Shown piece after piece: positions 9,455 through 20,431 of a stretch of 64,000 nt of DNA. The stretch comes from an uncultured Bacteroidales bacterium (GTDB lineage: Bacteria; Bacteroidota; Bacteroidia; Bacteroidales; VadinHA17). Made by a program: the position numbers and the translations under genes. The notes below the pieces were generated by a model. It was not told the DNA's origin, made no database searches, and saw only the letters and a list, made by a program, of their open reading frames with translations. The stretch covers positions 461,571 through 525,570 of the forward strand of contig CAWHSH010000004.1 of assembly GCA_963831935.1 (NCBI GenBank), written 5' to 3'. Every line of letters begins with the position of its first letter. Position 1 is the first letter of the stretch.

Positions 9455-10612
9455 TTATTGCTGAAAATACCCGCGCATACGTTCGAAGAAGCCCTTGTCG
9501 TCCTTATCGGGCTTTGGGGTGAAGGAATCGCTGTCCCTTAGTTTTTCGATAGTCTTCATCTCTTCTCTCGTTATATTTTTAGGTATCCAGACGTTTACAT
9601 TCACAAGGAGATCTCCTCTTCCATATCCGTTTACTTCGGGCAGACCTTTGCCCCGGAGACGAAGTATTTTACCTGGCTGAGTTCCGGGATCAATCTTTAT
9701 TTTTACATTGTTTTCGACGGTAGGCACTTCTACATGAGTTCCGAGTATTGAATCGGGAATACTGATAAATAAATTATAGATCAGATCGTTACCTTCCCGG
9801 ATCAATTCCGGGTGCTCTTCCTCATCGATAACGACAAGCAGATCCCCGTTAATCCCGCCCCGTCTTGGTGCATTGCCTTTACCTTCAACGGTCATTTGCA
9901 TTCCTTTTCCAACACCTGCAGGAATATTTATCTTGATAATATCTTCTTTCTGCACTATACCTTCGCCATAGCAGACTGTGCATTTTCTTGTTATAGTTTT
10001 TCCCTCGCCATTGCATGTCGGGCATACGGATGTGGTCTGCATCTGGCCCAGCAGTGTATTTGCAACACGGGTCACGTGCCCTGAGCCGCGGCATGTGGTG
10101 CAGGTTGACATGCTGTTATTATCGGCAGCTCCGGTTCCGCCGCAAGTGCTGCACGGGACATATTTATTCACCTTTATTTTTTTCTCGGTTCCAGCCGCTA
10201 TCTCCTGGAGATTAAGCCTGACCTTAACACGCAGGTTGCTTCCTTTATTGACTCTTCTCCCGCTGCTTCTCCTTGAGCCTCCGAATCCGCCAAATGCACC
10301 CCCGAAAGCATCTCCAAAGATATCACCGAATGACGAAAAAATATCCTCCATCGTCATCCCTGCACCGCCAAAGTTGGTACCGGGGCTGCCTACCCCTTCA
10401 TGGCCGAAGCGATCGTACCTCGCACGTTTTTCATCATTGCTTAAAACCTCATAAGCTGAGGCAGCTTCTTTAAATTTCTCTTCAGCCTTCTTGTCGCCCG
10501 GATTTTTATCGGGATGATATTTCAATGCCTGCTTTCTGTAAGCCTTCTTTATCTCTTCCTTTGTAGCCTCCCTCGACACACCAAGCACCTCGTAATAATC
10601 TCTTTTTTCCAT
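9455..10612 (-). CDS. dnaJ: Molecular chaperone DnaJ
   Basis: J-domain ([33 protein letters not shown]), G/F-rich linker, four CxxCxGxG zinc-finger repeats. Confidence 0.95.
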   Translation of the reverse strand: MEKRDYYEVLGVSREATKEEIKKAYRKQALKYHPDKNPGDKKAEEKFKEAASAYEVLSNDEKRARYDRFGHEGVGSPGTNFGGAGMTMEDIFSSFGDIFGDAFGGAFGGFGGSRRSSGRRVNKGSNLRVKVRLNLQEIAAGTEKKIKVNKYVPCSTCGGTGAADNNSMSTCTTCRGSGHVTRVANTLLGQMQTTSVCPTCNGEGKTITRKCTVCYGEGIVQKEDIIKINIPAGVGKGMQMTVEGKGNAPRRGGINGDLLVVIDEEEHPELIREGNDLIYNLFISIPDSILGTHVEVPTVENNVKIKIDPGTQPGKILRLRGKGLPEVNGYGRGDLLVNVNVWIPKNITREEMKTIEKLRDSDSFTPKPDKDDKGFFERMRGYFQQ

Positions 10613-10664
10613 CCCTTTGTAAATTACTCCTGTGTACTTTAAAGAATTCCGGATACCATTATTG

Positions 10665-11310
10665 TTATTCTCCTATGGCTACCCTTGCATGCCTTAATAC
10701 CTTATCCTTCAAATAATAACCTTTTGAGAGGACTTCCACTATCTTCCCTTTTTTATCTTCCTCGGTCACCGGAATTTTCGCAACCGCATCATGAAGATCC
10801 ACATTAAAATCCTTATTCAGCGATTCAATCTCCTTTACTCCCTCCTGTTTTAAAAAATCAGATAATTTGCAATAGATAAGATCAATACCCGCTTTAACAG
10901 CATTGCAGTCAGCAGAAACTTCAGCTGACTTAAGGGCTCTTTCGAAATCATCCATAATCGGCAGGAGCTTTTTAAGAAGTTCTTCACCTGCATATCTTGA
11001 CATCTCCATTTTCTCCTTCAGGGTGCGCTTCCTGTAATTATCAAATTCAGCTGAAAGCCGCAAGGTACCTGTCCTGCATTTCTGCCAGTTTTGCTTCAAA
11101 CGACTCCTCCTCAGGTATTACTTTGTCAGATACCTGCTCTGAGGGCGCTTCTGCTCCGGAAGATTCTTTTTCTGGTTCTTCCGAAGGTAAGAGCTCTTCA
11201 GTATTATCCATATCTTCCGTATGTTTATTTACATTATCTTTATTTTCAGTTGTTTCTGTATGTTTTTCTTCCTTGATGTTCTCAGGTTCCGGATTCTTTT
11301 TCTTTACCAT
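10665..11310 (-). pseudogene. grpE: Nucleotide exchange factor GrpE, one frameshift
   Basis: Fragment 11047..11310 ends ..AEMQDRYLAAFS. Fragment 10665..11099 continues ..LRLSAEFDNYRKRT, the canonical GrpE motif. The phase change fits a 1-nt insertion near 11055. Confidence 0.85.
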
Positions 11311-11409
11311 TACTCATTTTATTTCAGTTTGATATTATTATCAGCAAAATTTCTGCCAACAGGAAATAGTTGACAATTTGACAGGGGGTCAATAAGGCAA
11401 CTTAATAAG

Positions 11410-11488
11410 ATCCCCTCCTGGGAGGGGTGGGGTGGGTTTTTGATTTCTTCGAAAACATCCCCCTAACCCCCTTCAAAGGGGGAATTTT
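11410..11488. repeat. G/C mini-palindrome repeat (family B)
   Basis: The strings cccctcctgggagggg and catccccctaacccccttcaaaggggg were read directly. They are close relatives of the 26.12 and 37.92 kb copies. Confidence 0.6.
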
Positions 11489-11494
11489 ACACAT

Positions 11495-12799
11495 TCAAAT
11501 CCTTCGAATATCAGCCCCCAGTGCATTCAGCCGCTTATCGATATTCTGATAGCCCCTGTCGATCTGTTCAATATTATGAATGACGCTTTTTCCGTCAGCT
11601 GACATGGCAGCGATAAGAAGTGCCACACCTGCCCTGATATCGGGCGATGACATAATGGTTCCTCTCAGCCTGATCATTTTATCAAGACCAATTACAGTTG
11701 CCCTGTGAGGATCGCACAGAATGATCTGTGCACCCATATCAATAAGCTTATCGACAAAGAACAAACGGCTTTCGAACATTTTCTGATGAATAAGCACTGC
11801 CCCTTTTGCCTGGGTTGCCGTAACCAGAAGGACGCTTAGCAGGTCAGGTGTAAGACCCGGCCAGATGGCATCAGCAATAGTCATTATCGATCCGTCGATA
11901 AAGGTCTCGATCTCATAATGGTCCTGCTCAGGAATAAAAATGTCATCTGCTTTTCTTTCAAATTTTATTCCCAGCCGGCGGAATGAATCAGGAATTATTC
12001 CGAGGTTCTCGTAAGAAACATCTTTTATTGTCAACTCCGATCCTGTCATCGCAGCAAGACCGATGAACGATCCTATTTCGATCATATCGGGAAGGATCGT
12101 ATGGGTGCAGCCGCCAAGTTCAGTAACACCATCGATGTAAAGAAGGTTGGATCCGATGCCACTTATTTCCGCTCCCATTGAAACAAGCATTTTACAGAGC
12201 TGCTGAATATAAGGTTCACATGCTGCATTATAAATTGTCGTACGGCCGCTGGCCAGAACAGCTGCCATTATGATATTCGCCGTACCTGTAACCGAGGCTT
12301 CGTCGAGATGAATATAACTCCCCGATAATGATGGAGCTTCAACCTTAAAGAAGGGATCCGCAGTATCAAATTCAAATCTGGCACCAAGTTTCTGGAAACC
12401 CGTAAAATGCGTATCGACCCTCCGCCGGCCAATCTTATCGCCGCCTGGTTTTGGGATGAATGCCCTTCCAAACCGTGCAAGCAATGGTCCGACAATCATA
12501 ATGGAACCTCTGAGATTCGCACTTTTTGTCCGGAATTCAGATGTCTGAAGAAAATCGAGGTCGATATTTATGGCCTCAAAGCTTTTTGCACCTTTTGATA
12601 AAGAAGAAATCCTGACTCCCAGGCAACCTAGCAATTCTATCAGCTGGTTAACATCATTGATGTCAGGGATGTTTTTAATAGTAATTTTTTCGGGGGTCAG
12701 AAGGGTTGCGCAAATAACCTGCAGGGCTTCATTCTTTGCTCCCTGGGGTACTATTTCACCTTTTAGCTTTTTGCCTCCCTGAACAATGAAGCTACCCAT
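11495..12799 (-). CDS. murA: UDP-N-acetylglucosamine 1-carboxyvinyltransferase
   Basis: 434 aa. N-terminal FIVQGGKKLKGEIVPQGAKNEALQV and C-terminal IEQIDRGYQNIDKRLNALGADI are typical of MurA. Confidence 0.92.
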   Translation of the reverse strand: MGSFIVQGGKKLKGEIVPQGAKNEALQVICATLLTPEKITIKNIPDINDVNQLIELLGCLGVRISSLSKGAKSFEAINIDLDFLQTSEFRTKSANLRGSIMIVGPLLARFGRAFIPKPGGDKIGRRRVDTHFTGFQKLGARFEFDTADPFFKVEAPSLSGSYIHLDEASVTGTANIIMAAVLASGRTTIYNAACEPYIQQLCKMLVSMGAEISGIGSNLLYIDGVTELGGCTHTILPDMIEIGSFIGLAAMTGSELTIKDVSYENLGIIPDSFRRLGIKFERKADDIFIPEQDHYEIETFIDGSIMTIADAIWPGLTPDLLSVLLVTATQAKGAVLIHQKMFESRLFFVDKLIDMGAQIILCDPHRATVIGLDKMIRLRGTIMSSPDIRAGVALLIAAMSADGKSVIHNIEQIDRGYQNIDKRLNALGADIRRI

Positions 12800-13446
12800 T
12801 AATGACGAATATGTCCTTTATTCTTGTTGTATGGTTTTTTCTGCTGCTTCCCGTGCGATTTGCCCTGCTGGGGCTTTCTTCTGGAAGGAGTCAGAAGTTC
12901 TTTTACTTCGAGGATCTTAACGCCGTCGGTGATCTTTAGCTTCCCGGCCGATAATAACTTCAGATCACCGATGATCACTTCATCACTTACCTGTGCACGG
13001 TTCCAGGTGATGTATGATTTCTTCATCTGGTTCACTATCAGGTTAGTAAGGTACTCTTTTTCTTCACCATCCTCCATCTCTGAAGCAGCATCGATCATTA
13101 ATTCAATGATCCGGCCGTAATGCAGATATCTTATATCGCCCTGCCTGTAAGGTATCAGCCTGGGTTTCTCAACAAACTTTGAAGGTTCAGGCGGAGAGAA
13201 CGGAGAATCAATATCAAGGTCAAAATCAGCAATAAGGGCGAGATGATCCCAAAGCTTATGCTTAAAGTCCCCTACATCACGGATCTGGGGGTTCAGGTTC
13301 CCCATTATCTGGATTATTGTCTTTGCGGCCCGGTTCCTTTCCTCCCTGTCCTCAATGGTTTTAATATGGTCGACCATCTTCTGAACATTCCTTCCGTACT
13401 CAGGCAGCGCCATCCTTTTGCGTTGAGTGTTATAATCGTAATTCAT
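12799..13446 (-). CDS. DUF4290 domain protein (conserved murA-upstream gene of Bacteroidota)
   Basis: N-terminal YNTQRKRMALPEYGRNVQKMVDH. Its stop overlaps the murA start. It has a basic C-terminal tail. Confidence 0.7.
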   Translation of the reverse strand: MNYDYNTQRKRMALPEYGRNVQKMVDHIKTIEDREERNRAAKTIIQIMGNLNPQIRDVGDFKHKLWDHLALIADFDLDIDSPFSPPEPSKFVEKPRLIPYRQGDIRYLHYGRIIELMIDAASEMEDGEEKEYLTNLIVNQMKKSYITWNRAQVSDEVIIGDLKLLSAGKLKITDGVKILEVKELLTPSRRKPQQGKSHGKQQKKPYNKNKGHIRH

Positions 13447-13580
13447 CAGATTTATACTCTTTTCTGCAAAGCTAATAATTAAAAGCTAAATAAACCAAGT
13501 TGCTTTATGCAAGTTGCATGTCGCTTGTTTATATTCCAAAGAAAATCATTTTTAACTTTGAAAGATTTAATCGGAGAGAT

Positions 13581-15175
13581 ATGAAAGTAATCTTTATGCT
13601 TGTTTTGTTTACAATCCCGGGTTTATCAACATTTGCTGATGATGGCTACAAAAGAGAACCACTGATGGATGTCCGGAATTATACCTTTTTGGTCTCAATA
13701 AGCGACACAAGTGATGAAATCCACGGGGAAGCAACAATTTTACTGAATTTCAGGGGTGAAGTGTCCGTAATGGTCTTTGATCTGAAGAATAAGAACATTT
13801 CGGGAAAAGGAATGATGGTTGATTCGGTGCTGTTCAGCAGGGGAGGTACAAAGTGGACCCACCTGGAAAACAAACTGACAATAACTTCTGACAGCATCAT
13901 GAAAGAGGGAACAACGGGAGTTTTAAGAATAGTTTACCACGGCATACCTTCCGACGGGCTTATTATTTCAAACAACAAGTACAAAAACAGAACCTTCTTT
14001 TCAGACAACTGGCCCGACAGGGCAAGCAATTACCTTCCATGTATCGACCATCCGTACGATAAGGCAACAGTCGATTTCATTATCATTTCACCTTCTCATT
14101 ATGAAATAGTAGCAAGTGGCATTCTTGTTGAAGAGAGCCATCTCCCGGGTGACATGAAATTACACCACTGGAAAGAAGTGGTGCCTCTTGCAACCAAGGT
14201 CATGGCCTTCGGAGCGGCCGATTTTGACATTGATCTTGCTGGGATCACCGATAATATTCCGGTATGGACATATGTATTCAGGGAAAACAGGAAAGAAGGA
14301 TTTTATGATTACGAAGCAGGAGTAAAGCCGGTCAAATTTTTCAGCCAGCTGATAGGCCCATATTCATATGAAAAGCTCGCTAATGTTCAGTCAAAGACGA
14401 TATTCGGAGGGCTGGAAAATGCGGGTTGCATATTCTATGCTGAGAATTCAGTAACCGGCAAGGGAAAAGCTGAAGGACTTATGGCACACGAAATCGCTCA
14501 TCAGTGGTTTGGTAATTCGGTAACCGAAAACGACTGGTATCATATATGGCTCAGTGAAGGTTTTGCAACGTACCTGACTTCTGTCTATTTTGAAAAAAAC
14601 TATGGTAAGGAAAGATTTGCTCAGGAAATGAAATCTGACCGTGAACAGGTTATTAAGTATTACCTTAAATCACCCCGTCCGCTGATTGACACAACCATCA
14701 CAAACCTGATGAGGATACTAAACGCCAATTCTTATCAGAAAGGCGCCTGGGTGCTTCATATGCTGAGACATGAACTAGGCGAAGAAACCTTCTGGAAAGG
14801 TATCCGGCTTTATTATGAAAGGTACAGGAACAGCAATGCACTGACCGACGATTTTGTGAAAGTTATGGAAGAGGTAAGCGGAAAAGATCTGGAAGTAGCT
14901 TCTTTCATCAATGGTTATATATTGAAGGCCAGCCTGATTTGAAAATAACCGCGCAGCCTGCCCGTAAGAAAGGGGAAACAGAAATTATTATTGAACAAAA
15001 GCAAAAATATCTTTTCAGATTTCCTCTGGAATTGTTAATTAATTCACAGGAAGGTGAATACAGAAAGAAAATTCAAATTTCTGACAGGATTTCAACATTA
15101 AGGATCAGGGCTGCAAAACTGAATGAAATTATACCTGATCCCGATGTGAATCTGCTTTTCCGGCAGATATATTAG
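13581..15175 (+). pseudogene. M1-family zinc aminopeptidase, one frameshift near the C-terminus
   Basis: HEIAHQWFGN..WLSEGFATY (HExxH-E18 motif). Signal peptide from MKVIFMLVLF at 13581. Fragments 13500..14942 and 14939..15175 lie in different phases. Confidence 0.8.
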
Positions 15176-15211
15176 CCAAAGATTTAAAGGCCGGCAATTT
15201 ATTGATATGTT

Positions 15212-16348
15212 TCAATACAACCAGCTGTTGCCTGAAAAAATGAGTTCGTTTATCCTGATGTTCTGATTATAAAGCAGATTTCTGGAATCTTTGATAAAGG
15301 CCTTCATCTTCTCATAATCTGCAGGTTTTGCGAAGAATTCAGGCACGTTCTCAAACTTCGAACAGGGTAAAACAAAGAATCCTTTCCTGTAATTCACAAT
15401 TGGAGTATATACCCATGTAAGATAGTATCCGGCATCTGATACCGCGAGCGAACTATCTCTCTTTTCCAGTTCGATCCTTACCATTGAGCCGCCATCAGTT
15501 TTTGGTCTCCTCTGATTTGAAACAAAATTTCCCAGGGAATAAACAACAATCCTGTCTCTGAATTGCAGGAGTCGCTTTTTGTCCATACCATTTTCTGAAG
15601 AACGTGTGGATGAGAACCAATTATGAGATCAGCACCCCTGTCGAACAGATACTGCGCCATATCAGTCTGGCTTTTTGAAGGAATTGTATCATATTCTGTT
15701 CCCCAGTGCAGAAATACGATAATGGCGTCTGGATTTTTGCTTTTGGCTTTTTCGAGATCCCTGCGCAATCAGATTTTTGTCGAGCATGTTCACAATTGCA
15801 GGAACAGGAACGGTTATCCCGTTAGTTCCATAAGTATAATTCAGCAAAGCAAGGGAAATTCCGTTTTTTTCGATGATCACAGGATAAAGGCTGTCTCTTT
15901 GCGCAGAGTTCAGAAAAGTTCCGGTGTGAGGTATGCCAAGGCTGTCAAGCTTATTAATAGTGCTTATAATTCCTCTTTTGCCCCGGTCAGCTGCATGGTT
16001 ATTGGCTGTGACCATATAATCAATCCCTGCCTTCTTACATGCAACTGCCAGTTCAGCAGGTGAGCTGAATGCCGGATAGCCGGTGTAGGGCGATCCTGCA
16101 AGGGTTACCTCAAAATTTGCAATGGCAATATCTGCTTCAGATATCTCATCCCTGATATAGCTGAAAACAGTATCATAACTATAGGTATGGCTTTCCCTGT
16201 TTTCTGCCGACCATATCTGTTCATCATGACCCATTATATCACCAATAAAGAGGAGTGAAATTTTTTCATTTGTGGATTCAGACTTTCTGTGCAGAAAGCA
16301 CAAGGAATTGACAAGGATCAGGACTAGAGTGTTTATCTTTCTGAACAT
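15212..16348 (-). pseudogene. CapA/PGA_cap family metallophosphatase-like protein, two frameshifts
   Basis: Fragments 15689..16348, 15478..15768 and 15212..15586. Motifs LLFIGDIMGHD, ANNHAADRG and IVFLHWGTEY. Confidence 0.75.
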
Positions 16349-16441
16349 AAAATATTTGCATTTAAAGAATTCATAAATTTAATAATTATTAAATTTGCCA
16401 GCTTTATTTAAGACCTACCTTATTGGGAATGCAAGCGATCA

Positions 16442-18395
16442 ATGAAGGAAAACAAGACTCATATAGATATTAAGAAGCTTTCTCTGGTCGGAGTGATCGT
16501 TACAATGGGCATTGTCTTCGGTGATCTCGGGACCAGTCCGTTGTACACTATGAGGGCAATACTGATAGGCGGTCGGAGCCAGTTTTAATGAGTTACTGAT
16601 CTATGGCTCTTTATCCTGTATTTTCTGGACACTGACATTATCGACAACAATTAAATATGTTCTTATAGCTCTCAGGGCAGATAATAACGGTGAAGGAGGC
16701 ATTTTTGCCCTTTTTGCCCTTATGAAAAAGAAATCCTCATGGGCAGCTGTGCTTACGATGATTGGTGGCGGGGCTTTACTTGCAGATGGTGTAATAACAC
16801 CTTCAATAACAGTTACATCGGCAATTGAAGGACTAAAACTTGTTAATCCGGGAATACCTGTTGTTCCTATAGTGCTGATCATAGTTGCAGCACTGTTTTT
16901 CATCCAGCAATTTGGTACGAACCTTATCGGAGGTTCATTCGGACCCATAATGGTTATCTGGTTTACTCTGTTTGGGAACACTGGGTATGTCTCAGATTAT
17001 TCTGCACCCTTTTATTCTTCAGGTAGTTAACCCAGCATATGCCTTCAGGTTCCTTACGGAATACCCCGGTGGATTTATTCTTTTAGGTGCTGTATTCCTT
17101 TGTACTACCGGTGCTGAAGCCCTGTATGCTGATCTTGGACATTGTGGCAGGGCAAATATCAGAATTTCATGGATTTATGTAAAATTATGTCTTCTTCTTA
17201 ACTATTTTGGACAGGGAGCATGGCTTATAATGAATTATACTCCCGGAACTGATATAAATCCTTTCTTCCAGATAATGCCAAAATGGATGCTGTCTCCCGG
17301 GTATTTTAATAGCAACCGCTGCTGCAATTATTGCCAGTCAGGCTATCATCAGCGGTTCTTTTACTTTGATCAGTGAGGCTATTTCGTTAAACTTCTGGCC
17401 AAGGATACGGATTTTGCATCCGACTTTTATCAGGGGTCAGGTCTATTTGCCATTTGTTAACTGGGTTCTATGGTTTGCCTGTACAATCGTGGTATTCTCC
17501 TTTAAGGAATCTAATAATATGAATGCGGCATACGGTCTGGCTATAACAATTACTGAAATAATGACCACTTTTCTGTTATCGTATTATTTATATCAGAAAG
17601 GGAGTAAACCACAGGCTGGTTCTTCTGATGCTGATGGTTTATCTTACTATTGAAGGGAGTTTCCTTATTGCAAACCTTTATAAATTTAAAAACGGAGGAT
17701 GGTTCACTCTTTTGCTGGCCTCATCTATTTTTTAATCATGTTTGGCTGGTATTTCGGCAGAAAAATAAAGAACAGATACATAACATTTGCAAATCTGAAT
17801 AAGTACATAGATCTCTTTAAGGATCTTTCAAAAGATGAATCTGTCCCCAAATTTGCCACCAATCTTGTTTATATTATCAGGGCAAACCGGAAAGACCAGG
17901 TTGAATCAAAGGTCATTTATTCAATTTTTCAAAAACAACCCAAAAGGGCCGATACATACTGGCTTTTGCATGTTGACAGGGTAACTGATCCAAACCAGTT
18001 CGATTATCTATGTTACTCAAATCATTCCCGGCATTCTTATAAGGGTAGATTTTCATATCGGTTTCAAGGTAGAGCCAAAGATCAACCTCTATTTCAGGGA
18101 GGTAATGGAGGATCTTATGGAGAGCGGGGAGATCAACCTCGAAAGCGGGTATGACTCACTTAAAAAATATGATGTTCCCGGCGATTTCAAATTTATACTT
18201 ATTGAAAGGATCATGCCACGGGATTTCAAACTCAGTAACTGGGAAAATTTCATACTTGCTCTGAATAGTATTGCCGGTAAACTGAATATTACCGACATAA
18301 GATTTCTTCAGCTTGATCCGACAAATACTTCAATTGAGCAGGTCCCTATCCTGATAGAACAGCCCAGTCACCAGCGGATTAAACGGATGGATTAG
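16442..18395 (+). pseudogene. kup: KUP/HAK potassium uptake protein, copy 1, at least 5 frameshifts
   Basis: N-terminus [22 protein letters not shown]. Fragments 16722..17030, 16972..17376, 17366..17653, 17699..18154 and 18105..18395 together cover the whole Kup length in changing phases. Confidence 0.8.
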
Positions 18396-18410
18396 TTACA
18401 AGAACCGGTT

Positions 18411-20362
18411 AATGAAAGGGAAAGAAAGACATCTTGATATAAGCAAACTCTCGGTAGCCGGATTTGTAATCACGCTTGGAATTGTGTACGGGGACCTCGG
18501 AACCAGTCCGCTTTACACGATGAGAGGCCATAGTTCTTGGCGGTGCAGAAAATTTCAATGATCTTCTTGATTTACGGATCATTGTCATGTATCTTCTGGA
18601 CCTTGACACTTCAAACAACATAAAGTATGTTCTTATAACACTTGAGAGCCGATAACAAAGGAGAGGGAGGGATTTATGCACTTTTTGCGCTAATAAGAAA
18701 AAAATCGTCATGGGCTGCAATCCTTACGATGATAGGAGGTGCTGCATTGCTTGCAGATGGAGTTATTACACCTTCCATCACTGTTACTTCTTCAATTGAA
18801 GGGCCTAAGGCTATTGAATTCTGGAATACCTGTAATTCCCGTTGTGCTGATAATATTCGCTGCACTTTTCTTTATCCAGCAGTTTGGGACAAATATTGTC
18901 GGTAGCTCATTTGGTCCGATCATGGTAGTATGGTTTTTAATGCTGGGAATATTCGGTTTATCGCAGCTAATTTATCATCCGGCATCATCATTGCAATTAA
19001 TCCGATTTATGCTGTAAGAGTTTCTGACAGATTATCCTGGAGGTTTATTCTCTTGGGGCAGTATTTCTGTGTACGACGGGAGCTGAGGCACTTTATTCTG
19101 ATCTGGGTCATTGCGGACGGTCAAATATCAGGGTTTCCTGGATCTTTGTCAAGACCATGCTCTTGTTAAATTATTTTGGACAGGGAGCCTGGCTATTTAT
19201 AATGACAGGCCTTCAGGATATGATCTCAATCCATTCTTTTCAATTATGCCCGGATGGTTCCTGCTCCCCGGAGTTATTGTTTCCACCGCAGCTGCAATTA
19301 TTGCCAGCCAGGCACTTATTACAGGATCATTCACCCTCGTGAGCGAGGCGGTCTCTTTAAATTTCTGGCCCAAAATCAGAATCTTATATCCAACTCAAAT
19401 AAAAGGTCAGGTTTACCTCCCTTTTGTAAACTGGTTCCTCTGGATTACATGCAGTCTTGTGGTAATTTTCTTTAAGGATTCTTCCAATATGGAAGCAGCT
19501 TATGGCCTGGCTATTACCATTACTATGATAATGACTACATTACTTTTGTCATATTATTTGTTACAAAAAGGTACGCGTCGGTATTTCCCGTTCCTTGGTA
19601 CTGATTGTTTTCCTGACTATTGAAGGAGGATTCCTTATTGCAAACCTTCATAAGTTCAGGTACGGAGGCTGGTTCACATTGCTCCTGGCCTCAGTTTACT
19701 TTGTTGTTATGCTCGGATGGTATTTCGGAAGGAAGATAAAGAACCGTCATATTACATTCGTTAATCTTGCCGACTATTTACCTATTATAAGGGATCTCAG
19801 CAAGGACGCGTCTGTTCCAAAAACGGCGACAAATCTTGTATATATTATTAAGGCCAATAATAAAGACCAGGTCGAATCAAAAGTTATCTTTTCCATTTTT
19901 CAGAAGCAGCCCAAGAGGGCAGAAACTTACTGGCTGCTTCATGTCGACCGGGTTGATGATCCCGTACGTTTCGAATATGAGGTTGACCAGGTTATTCCAG
20001 GGATACTGATAAGACTAGATTTTCATATTGGATTTAAGATAGAACCAAAAATAAACCTGTACTTTAAAGAGGCACTTGAAGATCTTGTTCAATCAGGTGA
20101 AATCAGCCTGAAAAGCAGCTTTGAATCACTTAAAAAACACAACTTTCCAGGAGACTTTAAATTTATACTTATTGACAGGATTATGATCCGTGACATTAAG
20201 CTTACCAAATGGGAGAATTTTATTCTGGCTTTGAACAGTATTTCAAGGAGGGTAAGTATCAGCGATATCAGATCTCTCCAGCTGGATTCCACAAATACTA
20301 CTGTCGAACAAGTACCAATCATTATTGATCAGCCGGTTCCACGGCGAATAAATCGAATATGA
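18411..20362 (+). pseudogene. kup: KUP/HAK potassium uptake protein, copy 2 (tandem paralogue), multiple frameshifts
   Basis: N-terminus [22 protein letters not shown]. Fragments 18642..18905, 18739..19017, 19111..19623 and 19595..20362. The last 255 aa are collinear with the C-terminus of copy 1. Confidence 0.8.
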
Positions 20363-20431
20363 TCAGTCAGATTGTCCGGGAAACCGGAAATGATTAAATT
20401 CGGGCACATCTTTCAGGGAGTAAACAGACCT

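Noticed and set aside
9978-10454. 158-aa ORF antisense to dnaJ, and similar long antisense ORFs at 8365..8955, 6190..6594, 950..1363 and 50916..51236
   Set aside because: They lie fully inside strongly supported genes on the opposite strand, have low-complexity or Pro/Leu/Ser-rich composition, and carry no recognisable motifs.
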